Shown here: in pieces, positions 45,614-56,250 of the stretch
Layout: each line of letters starts with the position of its first letter
Numbering within the stretch: the stretch's first letter is position 1
DNA from: an uncultured Saprospiraceae bacterium
Lineage (GTDB): Bacteria > Bacteroidota > Bacteroidia > Chitinophagales > Saprospiraceae
DNA length: 64,000 nt
Direction: 5' to 3'
Assembly: GCA_938041445.1 (NCBI GenBank)
Contig: CALISO010000013.1
Span: 1,092-65,091 of the forward strand
The notes under the pieces: generated by a model
Told to the model about the DNA's origin: nothing
Seen by the model: the letters and a program-made list of their open reading frames with translations, nothing else
Databases searched by the model: none
Translations under genes and position numbers: made by a program

Positions 45614-47716
45614 TTAGTACTTTATTTCAATTGCGCCATATTGAGTATCGATGTAGGGCAATTTATAGGTATAACAATCTTTTCTAACTGCCCTTTTTGC
45701 TTGATACGAGTTAGTCCCATCGACAATTACATTTCTGATGTCAAATTGATTACGCATTTTGTCTATATCAGCAACATAGTTATGTTGAATAATCGCATAA
45801 TCAACTGGTATCATGCTTTTATATTGATAGATGCTATCGTGTCCAGCAAATAAGAACACAGTATTCCCAACTGAAAAGAATGCGCCTTTTTGCCTACTGA
45901 ATTCGGGTAATCCATCAGCTTCTCTGGCGCCATTATAGTACCGATTATTCCCTCTGATAAACGTATTTTTCGAAGCAAGTTCTTCACTGTCGTCATTAAG
46001 TATGCTGTAAACCTGATCTTGGTAAATAATATCTATCAAACTTCGACCATATACATCATAGATATATACAGATCGGTTGTCGCCGATATGATGATTCCAT
46101 ACCGCTCGCTGAATTGTAAATCCGAGAAATACGATCATTGCACAGATTAACACCCAACCCTTGTGCTTTGCAAAAGCTATCATACTGAGTACGATCCCGA
46201 TATACAATATGATAAGCTCAGTTGGACTCAACCATAAACCATCTATTGCACTCAATGGTAGTTTTTGGATACAAGCGATCAAATAATTGTTGGCTCCAAT
46301 TATCCATTCTAACAATGTAGAGATGACATTGGCATTGAGCCAATCAAACACTGTGACATATTGACCTAACACATCAAATAATAGTAGCAATAATCCCAAG
46401 CACAAAATTGCAAATGCTGCAGGAATCACGAACAGCCCGCTTACCCAAAAGTAACTCGCCATTTTATGAAAGTAAAAGATGGTTAAAGGCAGGACTAATA
46501 CTTGAGCAGCAATTGATACATAAAAGAATGCGATCAATTTCTGAAACCAACTATGCTCGGGTGTATAGTGACCTATCAATATTGGCATAAAAAACAGGAT
46601 ACTCCACAGCGCCAAAAAAGAAAACTGAAAACTTGCTTGATACAACATCAAAGGATTATACAGCAACATAGCCAATGCAGTCACTGATAGTACATTGTAG
46701 GTATTGACTTGCTTATTGAAACTATGGGCAATTATGACAAGAGTACTCATCGTAGCTGCTCTAGTTACTGCCGGTGCTGCACCTGTAACAAGGACAAAAC
46801 TCCATACGACCAGTAGAGTCAAGACTAGCTTTAACCATTTATACCAAGGATGATTGATCCGAAACAATCCAAAGAACCAATACAAAATAATGGTGAAAAT
46901 TCCAACGTGTAGGCCGGATACAGCAAGTACGTGGACGGCACCAGTATCCGTATACGCATCATACAATTCGTCAGAAATAAGGCTTCTCACACCTAATAGC
47001 ATCGCTGACAAAACTGCCTTATTATCAATCGAGTCGATATGCTGATCTATAACACTCAAGCTATACTTACGTAAAGTTGTAGCTTTCTGCCAATACCAAG
47101 GAAGTGCTCCCCTGGCCACTCTGATCCACTTATCCGCTTTTATAAATCCCTGAAAGTGGATGTTTCGATTGTCAAGATATTGTTTATAATCAAAGACGTG
47201 AGGATTGGCATTTTTTCTCACACTCCTTGGATTCACTTCACAAAGAACGATATCTCCAGGTGCAAGAGTTGAGGAGATTGAGTCGAGCTCAAAATACACA
47301 AGTATAGCTCCACTAGCACGAAACATTGAGTCTACTGATCTCCCTGATGACGAGACTTCAAGTTGGCATTTGATATGTTTACCTTGAGTAGGTAGGTCAG
47401 AAACAGTACCAATCAGAATATCAGCTTGATCGATGTAAGAGTAATGATCGCTGTGAGACAAAGCATGATAGTTGGCCGTGCGATAATACCCAAATAAAGC
47501 AAAAACAATAAGGGATCCAATCGTAGCCAGACCTGCATAACTCTTATAATCACGAAGACTTAAATAGAGTAAAAAACTTGTGAAACAAATTAATATGACA
47601 AAACCAATATGTGAGGCCACACTATCAAAGAAAAATGGAAATTGCCTGGATATTACGATTCCAATTACATAGAATATCAAAAATGAAAGAGAAGGTATAT
47701 TAACCTTGCCAATCAA
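45614..47716 (-). CDS. comEC: ComEC/Rec2-family DNA internalisation channel protein
   Basis: 700 aa, polytopic. Competence-domain block (YTDTGAVHVLAVSGLHVGI) with a divergent C-terminal domain. TTG start as called. Confidence 0.8.
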   Translation of the reverse strand: MIGKVNIPSLSFLIFYVIGIVISRQFPFFFDSVASHIGFVILICFTSFLLYLSLRDYKSYAGLATIGSLIVFALFGYYRTANYHALSHSDHYSYIDQADILIGTVSDLPTQGKHIKCQLEVSSSGRSVDSMFRASGAILVYFELDSISSTLAPGDIVLCEVNPRSVRKNANPHVFDYKQYLDNRNIHFQGFIKADKWIRVARGALPWYWQKATTLRKYSLSVIDQHIDSIDNKAVLSAMLLGVRSLISDELYDAYTDTGAVHVLAVSGLHVGIFTIILYWFFGLFRINHPWYKWLKLVLTLLVVWSFVLVTGAAPAVTRAATMSTLVIIAHSFNKQVNTYNVLSVTALAMLLYNPLMLYQASFQFSFLALWSILFFMPILIGHYTPEHSWFQKLIAFFYVSIAAQVLVLPLTIFYFHKMASYFWVSGLFVIPAAFAILCLGLLLLLFDVLGQYVTVFDWLNANVISTLLEWIIGANNYLIACIQKLPLSAIDGLWLSPTELIILYIGIVLSMIAFAKHKGWVLICAMIVFLGFTIQRAVWNHHIGDNRSVYIYDVYGRSLIDIIYQDQVYSILNDDSEELASKNTFIRGNNRYYNGAREADGLPEFSRQKGAFFSVGNTVFLFAGHDSIYQYKSMIPVDYAIIQHNYVADIDKMRNQFDIRNVIVDGTNSYQAKRAVRKDCYTYKLPYIDTQYGAIEIKY

Positions 47717-47865
47717 TTCTTACTTGTGTTATTGGTATGTAATAGTAATTCCAACATTAACAGTCTTTCCTAAATATACATGCTAATTGTAAAAGCGGAT
47801 AATAATTCAAATACAAATTAGTCTTGCGACGAATCTACGCAGGATGGAAAAAGTTGACTACAATG

Positions 47866-47899
47866 AAAAATAGGAATCATCTCGATAAGATGATTCCTA
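47866..47899 (-). terminator. Rho-independent terminator after the 47941 gene
   Basis: 11-bp perfect stem TAGGAATCATC/GATGATTCCTA (47871-47881 / 47889-47899) followed by U5 on the minus strand. Confidence 0.7.
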
Positions 47900-47940
47900 T
47901 TGTATAATTTAATAGAAGATAGGTGCTAGACCTTTTCTTA

Positions 47941-48636
47941 TTAATTCTTACTTGTCTTGTTGAATCTGATGACTTTAAGGCTCTTACCTGCTTTGTCAAT
48001 TAATCTTGTCAGATAATATCCATCATTGAAGTCTGCAACTGAATACGCTTGTCCACTTTCATGCTCGTATGTGAACATCTCCTTACCAAGTATATTGAAT
48101 ACACTTACTTGAGCAATATTGTCATCATTAGAAATATTGAAAAAGTCGACTGTCGGGTTTGGATAAAGTACTAATTCAGCTTCTGTTGCTAATTCTTCAG
48201 TTGAACTTGCAGTTGATATGTCGTAAGTAACTTCTTGTGACATAATTTCTTCGCCAGTAGTTGTCTTAAAAATGAAGTTTATTGTGGATATACCTTCAAC
48301 GCCATTTGGATTGAGATAAATCGTGAACAACTCTGATTCGTTCATTTCAATAAGTACCGTCTCAGGAGAATTATATACTCCAGGAATGTAGCAAGTCTTA
48401 CCAACGCAAACACTATATCTCCATCCAGCTGGAATATCTTCAGCAACAACAAGCTCCCAATCAAAAGCATCTAGTGGAACTCCTCCCATCTGTACATCAA
48501 TCTTACCCGTAACCAATGGATTATCAGGTGTACCCTCTACATAGAAATTTTGGTCAGGAAGTATACTAAGCTGTGCAGATACTGATACAACCGTAAAGAG
48601 TAGTAAAAAAATTATAGAGTGTAGATTTCTCGCCAT
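47941..48636 (-). CDS. Secreted protein with T9SS type-A C-terminal sorting domain
   Basis: ATG 48636 gives MARNLHSIIFLLLFTVVSVSAQ. C-terminus LYPNPTVDFFNI...VFNILGKEM...DGYYLTRL. Confidence 0.7.
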   Translation of the reverse strand: MARNLHSIIFLLLFTVVSVSAQLSILPDQNFYVEGTPDNPLVTGKIDVQMGGVPLDAFDWELVVAEDIPAGWRYSVCVGKTCYIPGVYNSPETVLIEMNESELFTIYLNPNGVEGISTINFIFKTTTGEEIMSQEVTYDISTASSTEELATEAELVLYPNPTVDFFNISNDDNIAQVSVFNILGKEMFTYEHESGQAYSVADFNDGYYLTRLIDKAGKSLKVIRFNKTSKN

Positions 48637-48881
48637 AATCAAATGTCTTTGCGTAAAGATATGTAATAATTGTAAATATTGACTGTTAATAGATAGTTAA
48701 GTAATCTACTAGACAAAAAAATGTCACGTCAGATAGGCAAATCATACGATATGAAAGTGCCAATCGTTCGATACAATCACTTTCGTCTATAGGACACCGT
48801 TACCACTTGATACCACTATACACTTAGGTCAAAAATCTCCATTTAACTGCTAAAGTTGAGATTTTTGGATATTCAGCCAAT

Positions 48882-48913
48882 AAAAAAAGCTATCTCAGAA
48901 GTTAGAGATAGCT
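48882..48913 (-). terminator. Rho-independent terminator after the 48963 gene
   Basis: Stem AGCTATCTC/GAGATAGCT (48888-48896 / 48905-48913) followed by U7 on the minus strand. Confidence 0.8.
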
Positions 48914-48962
48914 TTAAATTGACCTTTCAATGCCAAATTTTGATTTGGATTAATCTATCAGT

Positions 48963-49682
48963 TTAGTTGCATTGTGTAGTATAATCAAAGATAAACTGCT
49001 CAAATTCTACCCACTTAGGATCAGCAGAGTACTTCCCAACTACTTTACTACAATCAGTGAATATTTCTTCCATTTCCTTCTTGTAGTCTTTCTTGGAAAT
49101 TCGCATAGCTGTGTCTTGTCCTGCGAGTTTGATATAGTAAGACTTCGCTAGTCCACCCGCTACATTTATACCCGCTACACCGATACCAGCTGACTCATTA
49201 GACAGGGGATCGTTGTAGACTTGCACACTCTTGCTAAATGTAGGATTCATCAACTGCAACATACAGTATTGAGTCTTCTTTTTCTTTACTTGAACATTAG
49301 ATGATTCCATATAGAGGTATCCATCATCTAGGTGGGTATTATCAAGTTCACCATCTTGAATCTTATTGATATCGGTCATTGCATCTGTTACTTGTGCAAC
49401 CTTAGCTAATGCACTTGGTGGTACGTACATATGATCTATATCTTCCGGATTGATTTTTACTTTTTTACCATTACTTGCTTGTTCAACTTTTAGCTCGTCA
49501 ATGAGTCCTTTTTTGAACTTTAGATTTTTGATAAATACCGAGTGTTCAGTACCGTCTTTCATCGTAATGTAAGTAGTCTTTTTTCTACTATATCCTGCGA
49601 ATGCAGGAGAAAAAGTTTGAGCACTGATTCCCAATCCACAAAAGACTAGAAATGCCGTAATAACTAGAGAACTAATTTTCAT
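48963..49682 (-). CDS. Secreted hypothetical protein
   Basis: 239 aa. Signal peptide MKISSLVITAFLVFCGLGISAQ. No named motif. Confidence 0.6.
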   Translation of the reverse strand: MKISSLVITAFLVFCGLGISAQTFSPAFAGYSRKKTTYITMKDGTEHSVFIKNLKFKKGLIDELKVEQASNGKKVKINPEDIDHMYVPPSALAKVAQVTDAMTDINKIQDGELDNTHLDDGYLYMESSNVQVKKKKTQYCMLQLMNPTFSKSVQVYNDPLSNESAGIGVAGINVAGGLAKSYYIKLAGQDTAMRISKKDYKKEMEEIFTDCSKVVGKYSADPKWVEFEQFIFDYTTQCN

Positions 49683-49814
49683 AAGAGAAATTTTTTGTTT
49701 TAAATTAATCCTTAAAGATAGTCCTGTACGAATAGGATTAGGTGTTTGAATAGTTAATTTGACTAATAATTATGATTTACTAACTAAGCTAAATGGACTT
49801 CCTTAGCTAGCATA

Positions 49815-52800
49815 CTACCACATTAATGTTACATCACCTGCAATCTGTAGTTCTCCAAGCACTGAATGCCTATACTGGATATGATAGATATAGACTCCTG
49901 ACTCAGCTGCTCTACCATCGATTGTAGCATCCCAAGCATATGTAGGGTCATTTGGTTCAAACCCGCTAGATTGAAATATGAGATTACCCCATCTATCAAA
50001 CACATCGAACTGAGTAATATAAATATCAGGATTAGCAGTCTGAGGATATAGTAATGCTGCATCCGTACCATACAGTAGAATATTAGGCACAAATAGCTTG
50101 ATGTCATATTCTACTATCAACTGAATGACTTCTTCAGCTTCACATCCAGCTTCATCTATTAGGTTGACTTCGTAAGTTTGATTTTCGGTGACATTGGCGA
50201 TCTCATAAGTAAGGCAGTCATTACAATCAATCTCAGGCGACCAGTCTAATGAACTAATACTGCTAGCATTAGTTAACAAAGAAATCGTGGCATCCTCTCC
50301 ATATGGTACAGTGATTATTGATTCTGAATCTGCAGATAGATAGATTTCAGGTGGTGATGTTAGTATCGCGTCAATAATGATTTCACAACCCGCATCATCA
50401 ATTACCTTAATCGAATAACTCCCTTCCGACAAATTTTCTAATGGCAATTCTATATTCGTACCATCAATAAAATATTCATATGGTGGTGTACCTGCTAGTA
50501 TGTCGACAACATCTATGACTCCATCATTTGATTGATAACATGATGGATCTTGAGTAGACAACAATACATCCATCAACCCTTCAGATTCTAATACTTCGGC
50601 AGATTCAGATGACTCGCAACCCGTCTCTAAATGAATTACTGAAAGCTGGTAAACACCTGCATTCAAGACATCAATCGAATTTTCTGTACTGATGATCTCC
50701 CCTTCGTACTCCCACTGAGATGCATATTGATTCGCTGGCAAATCAACCTGAGGGCTAAGAGTAACATTAGGTGATGCACAGCTTAATGTTATCTGGTCTA
50801 TCAAAGTAATCTCTGGAAATATCCGTTGCTCAATGACCTCGATTGAATCTCTGCGGGTGCAACCATTGGCTACATTAGTAGACTCTACGATATACGTCCC
50901 TGGCAAGTTGACTTCTGATGTCAATTCACCTTCATCGCTAATTGGGGTATTGTCCGAATCCAACCATTGTACTCTTAGGTCTTGACTCATCGTCATATTG
51001 ATTGCTTCAAGGATAACTAAATCTAGCTCACAATTGAGAATCTGTGGTGTCTCTATCGTTAATGGTGGGACATCTATATCTTCTAGGATATTCAGGCTAG
51101 TCTCATTGCTACAACCATTGACTGAGTTCGTTGCGATAAGTGTAACTTCTCCACTCAATGTTATCAATTGAGTCTCTCCTGATAGAGAAGTAGACTGTCC
51201 AGGGAGTATCCATTCGTAACTGACATTATCTTGGGGATTAACTGACAAGACTATTTCTGATTGATTACAGGTGAGTACTGTTGACTCGCTTATGATGGCA
51301 GCAATTGGCAATTCTTCTTCATCAATGACTTCAAGGATAGCGATCGTACTACAATCCAGTATGTTGTCAAATACTTCTAGAGTATAATTTCCCGCTTCAG
51401 TGACTTCAATCGTTAGTCCATTACCAATCTCTTCTCCCGTAGTGTTGTACCAAATGTAAGAATAGTTTGCTCCAGTTGATGAACCACTTCCATCTAGGAT
51501 TAAGACTGGATTATCACAATTGATTATCGCCTCTGTAGGTAGAATTGCTTCAGCAGTACAAACACAATCAGGTGGAAGGATATCATAAGTAGTTGGACAA
51601 TTCTGACCAACCGCATTTACTATGACCTCTAGGCTTGTAGCGATAGGGATCTGCGACAGTCCATATGCAGTTGGGCTGAGTTGATTCCATATATAACCTA
51701 CTGTGCTTATCTCTACGGGCTCTGGAGTAGTGACAATGACTGAGTAAAACTCCGTTCCCTCACATAAAACTTGGACATTAGCTTCCACCGAAAATCTAGA
51801 CTCTAATGTGACAATAGACATTGATTGACAACCATTAACATCTGAGAGAATTAAAGAGTAATCACCTGGAATTACATTTTCTATTAAGTAAGGTGATTCT
51901 ATAGATTCAGCTTCAAAATCTCCACTCAGGTCAAATGGACCAACACCTTCAGACCAAGTAAGTAGCAACTGTCCTTCTGAGACATCACAATCGATCATTG
52001 GTTCTATTGATCCGATTATTGGACCTTGCAGTTCTTCAATTGTGAAAGTTACTACCGACTCACAATCGTCAGCGTCTACAATTAATACTGTGTAATTACC
52101 CGAAGTTAATTGGTCGAAAACAGGGAAATCCGTAGGATTACTTACTGTGAAATCACCAGTTATTTGATAAGGTGCAGTACCTCCTGTCCAAGTGATCTGG
52201 ACTGATCCACTATTAGGTATGTCCCTACAAAAAGAGGTTACTATAGCCTCTCCTGCCAGATCGCAGGTACATTCTTCATCAATTAGCGAGTCTATCCATT
52301 GTGTGCTAAGCGGTATCGTACAATTTTCACTGATCCCAGATAATAGCAGTCCAACATTATTGACTGGATTTGATACGTAATCAAGGAGATTTGTTCCATA
52401 TGCATCAGTCATCGCTTCTTGACTATCTGCACAACCATCATCATCAGAGTCTAAGTCTATATAATCAGCAATCCCATCTCCATCTGTATCAATAGGGCCT
52501 TGAAGACAATGATCTACAACAAGTCCATCAGAAAGATTATCTAAATTTTCATCCTGATATTCAGCATCACCATTTGCGTCAAGCGAACACTCTTCCAGTA
52601 ATAATCCTAATTCACCACAAGCTTCTATCGCATCAGGTATCCCATCATTGTCAGAATCAAGATCTGCATAATTTGGGACTCCATCAATGTCAGAATCGAT
52701 AGGTGTGCTGATTACTAAGTCACCGATATAGATATATTGGTCACCTGGGTCGTCAAAAAGAGAAAGGTCTAGAGAATAATAGGTAATCCTAATTGTAGTT

Positions 52801-53489
52801 ACTAGTTCATCAGAACTATATGTTGCCCAATTATCCATGTTACTGATAGCCGCTGGGATATTTTGCAGTTCGGGGACAACAATTCCGTCGGCATTCTGAA
52901 CCAAGGCTTGTCCAAGTACAAGATTTTGCGGAAGTTCTGTTCCATATGCATCAAAAAACTCGACTCTTGCACCATCACCATAACTAGAAAATGTAAAGCC
53001 AGTTTGACTATCAATATCAAGAATCGATATAGCGGAGATAATAGCTGGCTCAGATAAAGTTAACTCATAGACTGCAAATTGTGTGTCATCGCTAACATCT
53101 GAAACATTCATACCCATTTCTAGATACCCTGAGCTAGTCTGCGGTGTACTGAGATTATCTATTGTGCCCGGGTGGCTTGTAGTGATTCTCATATCACGAC
53201 GGTAACCATCAACTGATGACCAAGTGAAATCAGGAGCACCCGCAGGATCAGCTGCCTCTTCCCAATTGTAAAGTATACTTACGTCACTACATCGGCCCTC
53301 TAAAGCATTAGAGATGCCATCATTGTCTGTATCTAAGTCGAACAAATCAAATACACCGTCATTATCCAAGTCAACAATCTGAGAATATCCATTCACCGGT
53401 AGACACAATGCAGTAGCTATCACCAGTATCAATGGTAATGTGATTTGAGTAAATATAGACTTAAGTGTTAGTAATATCGGGGTATTCAT
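49815..53489 (-). CDS. Large secreted adhesin-like protein: thrombospondin type-3-like Ca-binding repeats, SprB-type repeats, Ig-like repeats, T9SS type-B (gliding-motility) C-terminal domain
   Basis: 1224 aa. DLDNDGVFDLFDLDTDNDG, DSDIDGVPNYADLDSDNDG and DTDGDGIADYIDLDSDDDG. SprB-like GGTAPYQI / GTPPYEY. C-terminus VPNIL...FDRWGNLIF...WDATIDGRAAESGVYIY. Confidence 0.85.
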   Translation of the reverse strand: MNTPILLTLKSIFTQITLPLILVIATALCLPVNGYSQIVDLDNDGVFDLFDLDTDNDGISNALEGRCSDVSILYNWEEAADPAGAPDFTWSSVDGYRRDMRITTSHPGTIDNLSTPQTSSGYLEMGMNVSDVSDDTQFAVYELTLSEPAIISAISILDIDSQTGFTFSSYGDGARVEFFDAYGTELPQNLVLGQALVQNADGIVVPELQNIPAAISNMDNWATYSSDELVTTIRITYYSLDLSLFDDPGDQYIYIGDLVISTPIDSDIDGVPNYADLDSDNDGIPDAIEACGELGLLLEECSLDANGDAEYQDENLDNLSDGLVVDHCLQGPIDTDGDGIADYIDLDSDDDGCADSQEAMTDAYGTNLLDYVSNPVNNVGLLLSGISENCTIPLSTQWIDSLIDEECTCDLAGEAIVTSFCRDIPNSGSVQITWTGGTAPYQITGDFTVSNPTDFPVFDQLTSGNYTVLIVDADDCESVVTFTIEELQGPIIGSIEPMIDCDVSEGQLLLTWSEGVGPFDLSGDFEAESIESPYLIENVIPGDYSLILSDVNGCQSMSIVTLESRFSVEANVQVLCEGTEFYSVIVTTPEPVEISTVGYIWNQLSPTAYGLSQIPIATSLEVIVNAVGQNCPTTYDILPPDCVCTAEAILPTEAIINCDNPVLILDGSGSSTGANYSYIWYNTTGEEIGNGLTIEVTEAGNYTLEVFDNILDCSTIAILEVIDEEELPIAAIISESTVLTCNQSEIVLSVNPQDNVSYEWILPGQSTSLSGETQLITLSGEVTLIATNSVNGCSNETSLNILEDIDVPPLTIETPQILNCELDLVILEAINMTMSQDLRVQWLDSDNTPISDEGELTSEVNLPGTYIVESTNVANGCTRRDSIEVIEQRIFPEITLIDQITLSCASPNVTLSPQVDLPANQYASQWEYEGEIISTENSIDVLNAGVYQLSVIHLETGCESSESAEVLESEGLMDVLLSTQDPSCYQSNDGVIDVVDILAGTPPYEYFIDGTNIELPLENLSEGSYSIKVIDDAGCEIIIDAILTSPPEIYLSADSESIITVPYGEDATISLLTNASSISSLDWSPEIDCNDCLTYEIANVTENQTYEVNLIDEAGCEAEEVIQLIVEYDIKLFVPNILLYGTDAALLYPQTANPDIYITQFDVFDRWGNLIFQSSGFEPNDPTYAWDATIDGRAAESGVYIYHIQYRHSVLGELQIAGDVTLMW

Positions 53490-53650
53490 TAGATCAATAG
53501 TGTAGACACGTCTCTTTATTGAGCAATATTGGAAGTCCGAAAGGTTATACTCGGAATGTGCATAATAATCTACTTATAAGACACTCATACTATTATTAAC
53601 CCCTATGACAATAGTTTCTTTACTCATCTGAAGCGATATCTGTGGCAATT

Positions 53651-53680
53651 AAAAAAGGCTACCACAATTAAGCGGTAGCC
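53651..53680 (-). terminator. Rho-independent terminator after the aconitase gene
   Basis: Stem GGCTACC/GGTAGCC (53657-53663 / 53674-53680) followed by U6 on the minus strand. Confidence 0.7.
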
Positions 53681-53713
53681 TCCAATATTCCTATAAAATG
53701 CAGTTATCTGGGA

Positions 53714-56005
53714 CTATGCAAGTCCGTTTGCTACATCTTCTCTGATTTTATTCAGTGCTGAACCCTTACGTACCCATTCAATCTGAGCTGCATTATAAGT
53801 GTGATTCACAGTAAAGTAATCATCAGTGCCATCAGCATGGTGCAATTGAATCAATAATGGTACACCAGGTGCCATATTCTCAAATCCTAATATCGACACA
53901 TAATCATCTTGTCTTATCAGATCAAAATCTGCAGTGTTAGTAAATGTTAATGCTAACATTCCTTGCTTCTTGAGATTAGTCTCATGAATTCTTGCAAATG
54001 ATTTTACAATTACGGCATTGACTCCAATGAATCTAGGTTCCATCGCAGCATGCTCTCTAGATGATCCCTCACCATAATTCTCTTCTCCGAAGACAACTGA
54101 ACCTATGCCAGCATTTCTATACTTGATACCTGAATCAGGCACTGGCAAGAATTCTGCTTTCTCGCTACTGTCAGTGTAGTTTGCTACGTGATTAGCCTTA
54201 TCATTAAACGCATTTATAGCTCCAATAAAACAGTTTTGCGAGATATTCTCTAAGTGACCTCTGTACTTCAACCATGGTCCGGCCATAGAGATATGATCAG
54301 TTGTACATTTTCCTTTTGCCTTGATTAAGACTCTATTTTCAATTAGGTCTATTGGCTTGATTGTCTCAAACGGTGTTAATAATTGTAATCTTTTTGAGTC
54401 AGGATTCACCACAACTTCTACATTACTTCCATCGGCTGCCGGAGCTTCATATCCTGCATCTTCGACTGCAAATCCATTTGGTGGCAATTCATATCCTGTT
54501 GGTGGATCGAGCTTGACTTCCTCTCCTTTCTCATTAGTAATCGTATCCGTCAATGGATTAAATCCTAATTTACCACTGAGTGCAATCGCTGTAACTAATT
54601 CTGGAGATGCAACGAAAGCATGTGTATTAGGTGATCCATCTGCACGCTTAGAGAAATTTCTATTGAATGAATGCACGATACTATTCTTAGGTGCATTTTT
54701 CGGGTCGCTAAATCTTGCCCATTGTCCAATACAAGGTCCACAAGCATTGGCAAATACCATAGCTCCCATTCCTTCAAGATCACCAATTAGGCCATCTCTC
54801 TCTATTGTAAATCTCACTTGCTCAGAACCTGGAGTCACTGTCAATTGAGACTTAGCTTTGATACCTTTAGCAACAGCTTGTCTTGCGATAGATGCTGCTC
54901 TTGAGATGTCTTCATAAGAAGAGTTAGTACATGATCCGATCAAACAATATTCTAAATCTGTCGGCCATCCATTCTTCTCAGCTGCAGCCTTCATCTCGGA
55001 TACTGGTGTATAAAGATCTGGCGTAAAAGGTCCATTCAATGCTGGTTCAAGTGTTGTCAAGTCTATTTCAATTACTTGATCAAAGTACTTGTCTGGGTTC
55101 GCGTATACTTCAGGGTCACCTGTCAAGTGTTCTTTGACAGTGTTAGCTAAGTCAGCAATCTCTGCTCTTTCAGTTGCTCTAAGGTATCTATCCATTGACT
55201 CGTCATATCCGAATGTCGATGTCGTAGCACCTATTTCAGCACCCATATTACAGATTGTCCCTTTACCTGTACAAGACATACTAGTCGCTCCTTCACCAAA
55301 GTATTCGACGATAGCACCTGTACCTCCCTTAGCTGATATAAGACCTGCTACCTTGAGAATAACATCCTTGGGAGATGACCATCCACTTAATTTACCTGTG
55401 AGTTTTATACCAATAAGTTTCGGCATTTTCAGTTCCCAAGGGATACCAGCCATCACATCCACCGCATCAGCTCCACCTACTCCGATTGCTACCATTCCTA
55501 GTCCGCCAGCATTAGGTGTATGACTATCAGTACCTATCATCATTCCTCCTGGAAATGCATAATTCTCAAGTACTACTTGGTGGATGATACCTGCACCAGG
55601 CTTCCAAAACCCTAGTCCATATTTATCAGATACAGACTCCAAAAAGTCGGTAACTTCTTTATTCAATTCATTGGCAGTTGCAAGATCTTTATCAGCACCT
55701 ACCTTCGCTTGGATGAGGTGATCGCAGTGTACTGTAGATGGTACTGCTACCTTATCTTTTCCAGCCATCATAAATTGTAACAGTGCCATCTGCGCAGTTG
55801 CATCTTGCATAGCTACCCTATCAGGACTGAAGAACACATAGTCCTTACCTCTTCCATACTCTTGTAACGGTGAGTCATCGTGAAGGTGAGTGTATAAGAT
55901 TTTTTCTGCGAGCGAAAGAGGCTTACCTAACTTGCTCTTTGCTGTCTCTACTCTACTTGCTAGCGTAGTGTAGTGCTGCTTGATCATCTCAATGTCAAAT
56001 GCCAT
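53714..56005 (-). CDS. acn: Aconitate hydratase (about 760-aa mitochondrial-type enzyme common in Bacteroidota)
   Basis: 763 aa. Fe-S ligand contexts [12 protein letters not shown] and [11 protein letters not shown], plus [13 protein letters not shown]. Confidence 0.95.
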   Translation of the reverse strand: MAFDIEMIKQHYTTLASRVETAKSKLGKPLSLAEKILYTHLHDDSPLQEYGRGKDYVFFSPDRVAMQDATAQMALLQFMMAGKDKVAVPSTVHCDHLIQAKVGADKDLATANELNKEVTDFLESVSDKYGLGFWKPGAGIIHQVVLENYAFPGGMMIGTDSHTPNAGGLGMVAIGVGGADAVDVMAGIPWELKMPKLIGIKLTGKLSGWSSPKDVILKVAGLISAKGGTGAIVEYFGEGATSMSCTGKGTICNMGAEIGATTSTFGYDESMDRYLRATERAEIADLANTVKEHLTGDPEVYANPDKYFDQVIEIDLTTLEPALNGPFTPDLYTPVSEMKAAAEKNGWPTDLEYCLIGSCTNSSYEDISRAASIARQAVAKGIKAKSQLTVTPGSEQVRFTIERDGLIGDLEGMGAMVFANACGPCIGQWARFSDPKNAPKNSIVHSFNRNFSKRADGSPNTHAFVASPELVTAIALSGKLGFNPLTDTITNEKGEEVKLDPPTGYELPPNGFAVEDAGYEAPAADGSNVEVVVNPDSKRLQLLTPFETIKPIDLIENRVLIKAKGKCTTDHISMAGPWLKYRGHLENISQNCFIGAINAFNDKANHVANYTDSSEKAEFLPVPDSGIKYRNAGIGSVVFGEENYGEGSSREHAAMEPRFIGVNAVIVKSFARIHETNLKKQGMLALTFTNTADFDLIRQDDYVSILGFENMAPGVPLLIQLHHADGTDDYFTVNHTYNAAQIEWVRKGSALNKIREDVANGLA

Positions 56006-56250
56006 GTGTTGTCGATTTATTTGTTTTGCTTAGCTAATATATTTTGCGAAGACATCACTGCTATCAATCGCAGGAGACAAATATACACCCTTACTCAGAA
56101 AAATGTTTGGTAACAATATGTTGAAATAGCTAGACTAATTCTATATAAGTGAAGTATATAGGTCTTATAAACGTTTCTAGGCTATTTAGCTCTCATTCCA
56201 TTGATAGATTATGGACCTATCAAAGTGAAATGCTTATGCAAATAATACAA

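Noticed and set aside
47714-47955. 13-mer AATTCTTACTTGT occurring at the ComEC start (about 47714) and at the stop of the next gene (about 47943); also the 12-mer GAAAGACTTATC near 44254 and 60214
   Set aside because: These are single short exact repeats in different functional contexts (start, stop, leader) with no associated structure. Treated as chance.
54321-55523. 175-aa and 144-aa + strand ORFs inside the aconitase gene
   Set aside because: They are Ser/Pro/Ala-rich antisense shadows of a highly conserved enzyme gene, with no start context or motifs. The same reasoning applies to the other internal or antisense ORFs in the track, for example 29511..29996, 42633..43040, 2212..2613, 3892..4349, 6105..6587, 9509..9730, 45596..45853, and the short ones within the giant adhesin genes.
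56124-56187. Nested imperfect hairpin (AAATAGCTAG...CTAGGCTATTT around CTATATA...TATATAG) between the giant adhesin gene and aconitase
   Set aside because: AT-only stems with a bulge and no U-run on the minus strand. It may be a weak terminator or nothing, and there is not enough to call a feature.
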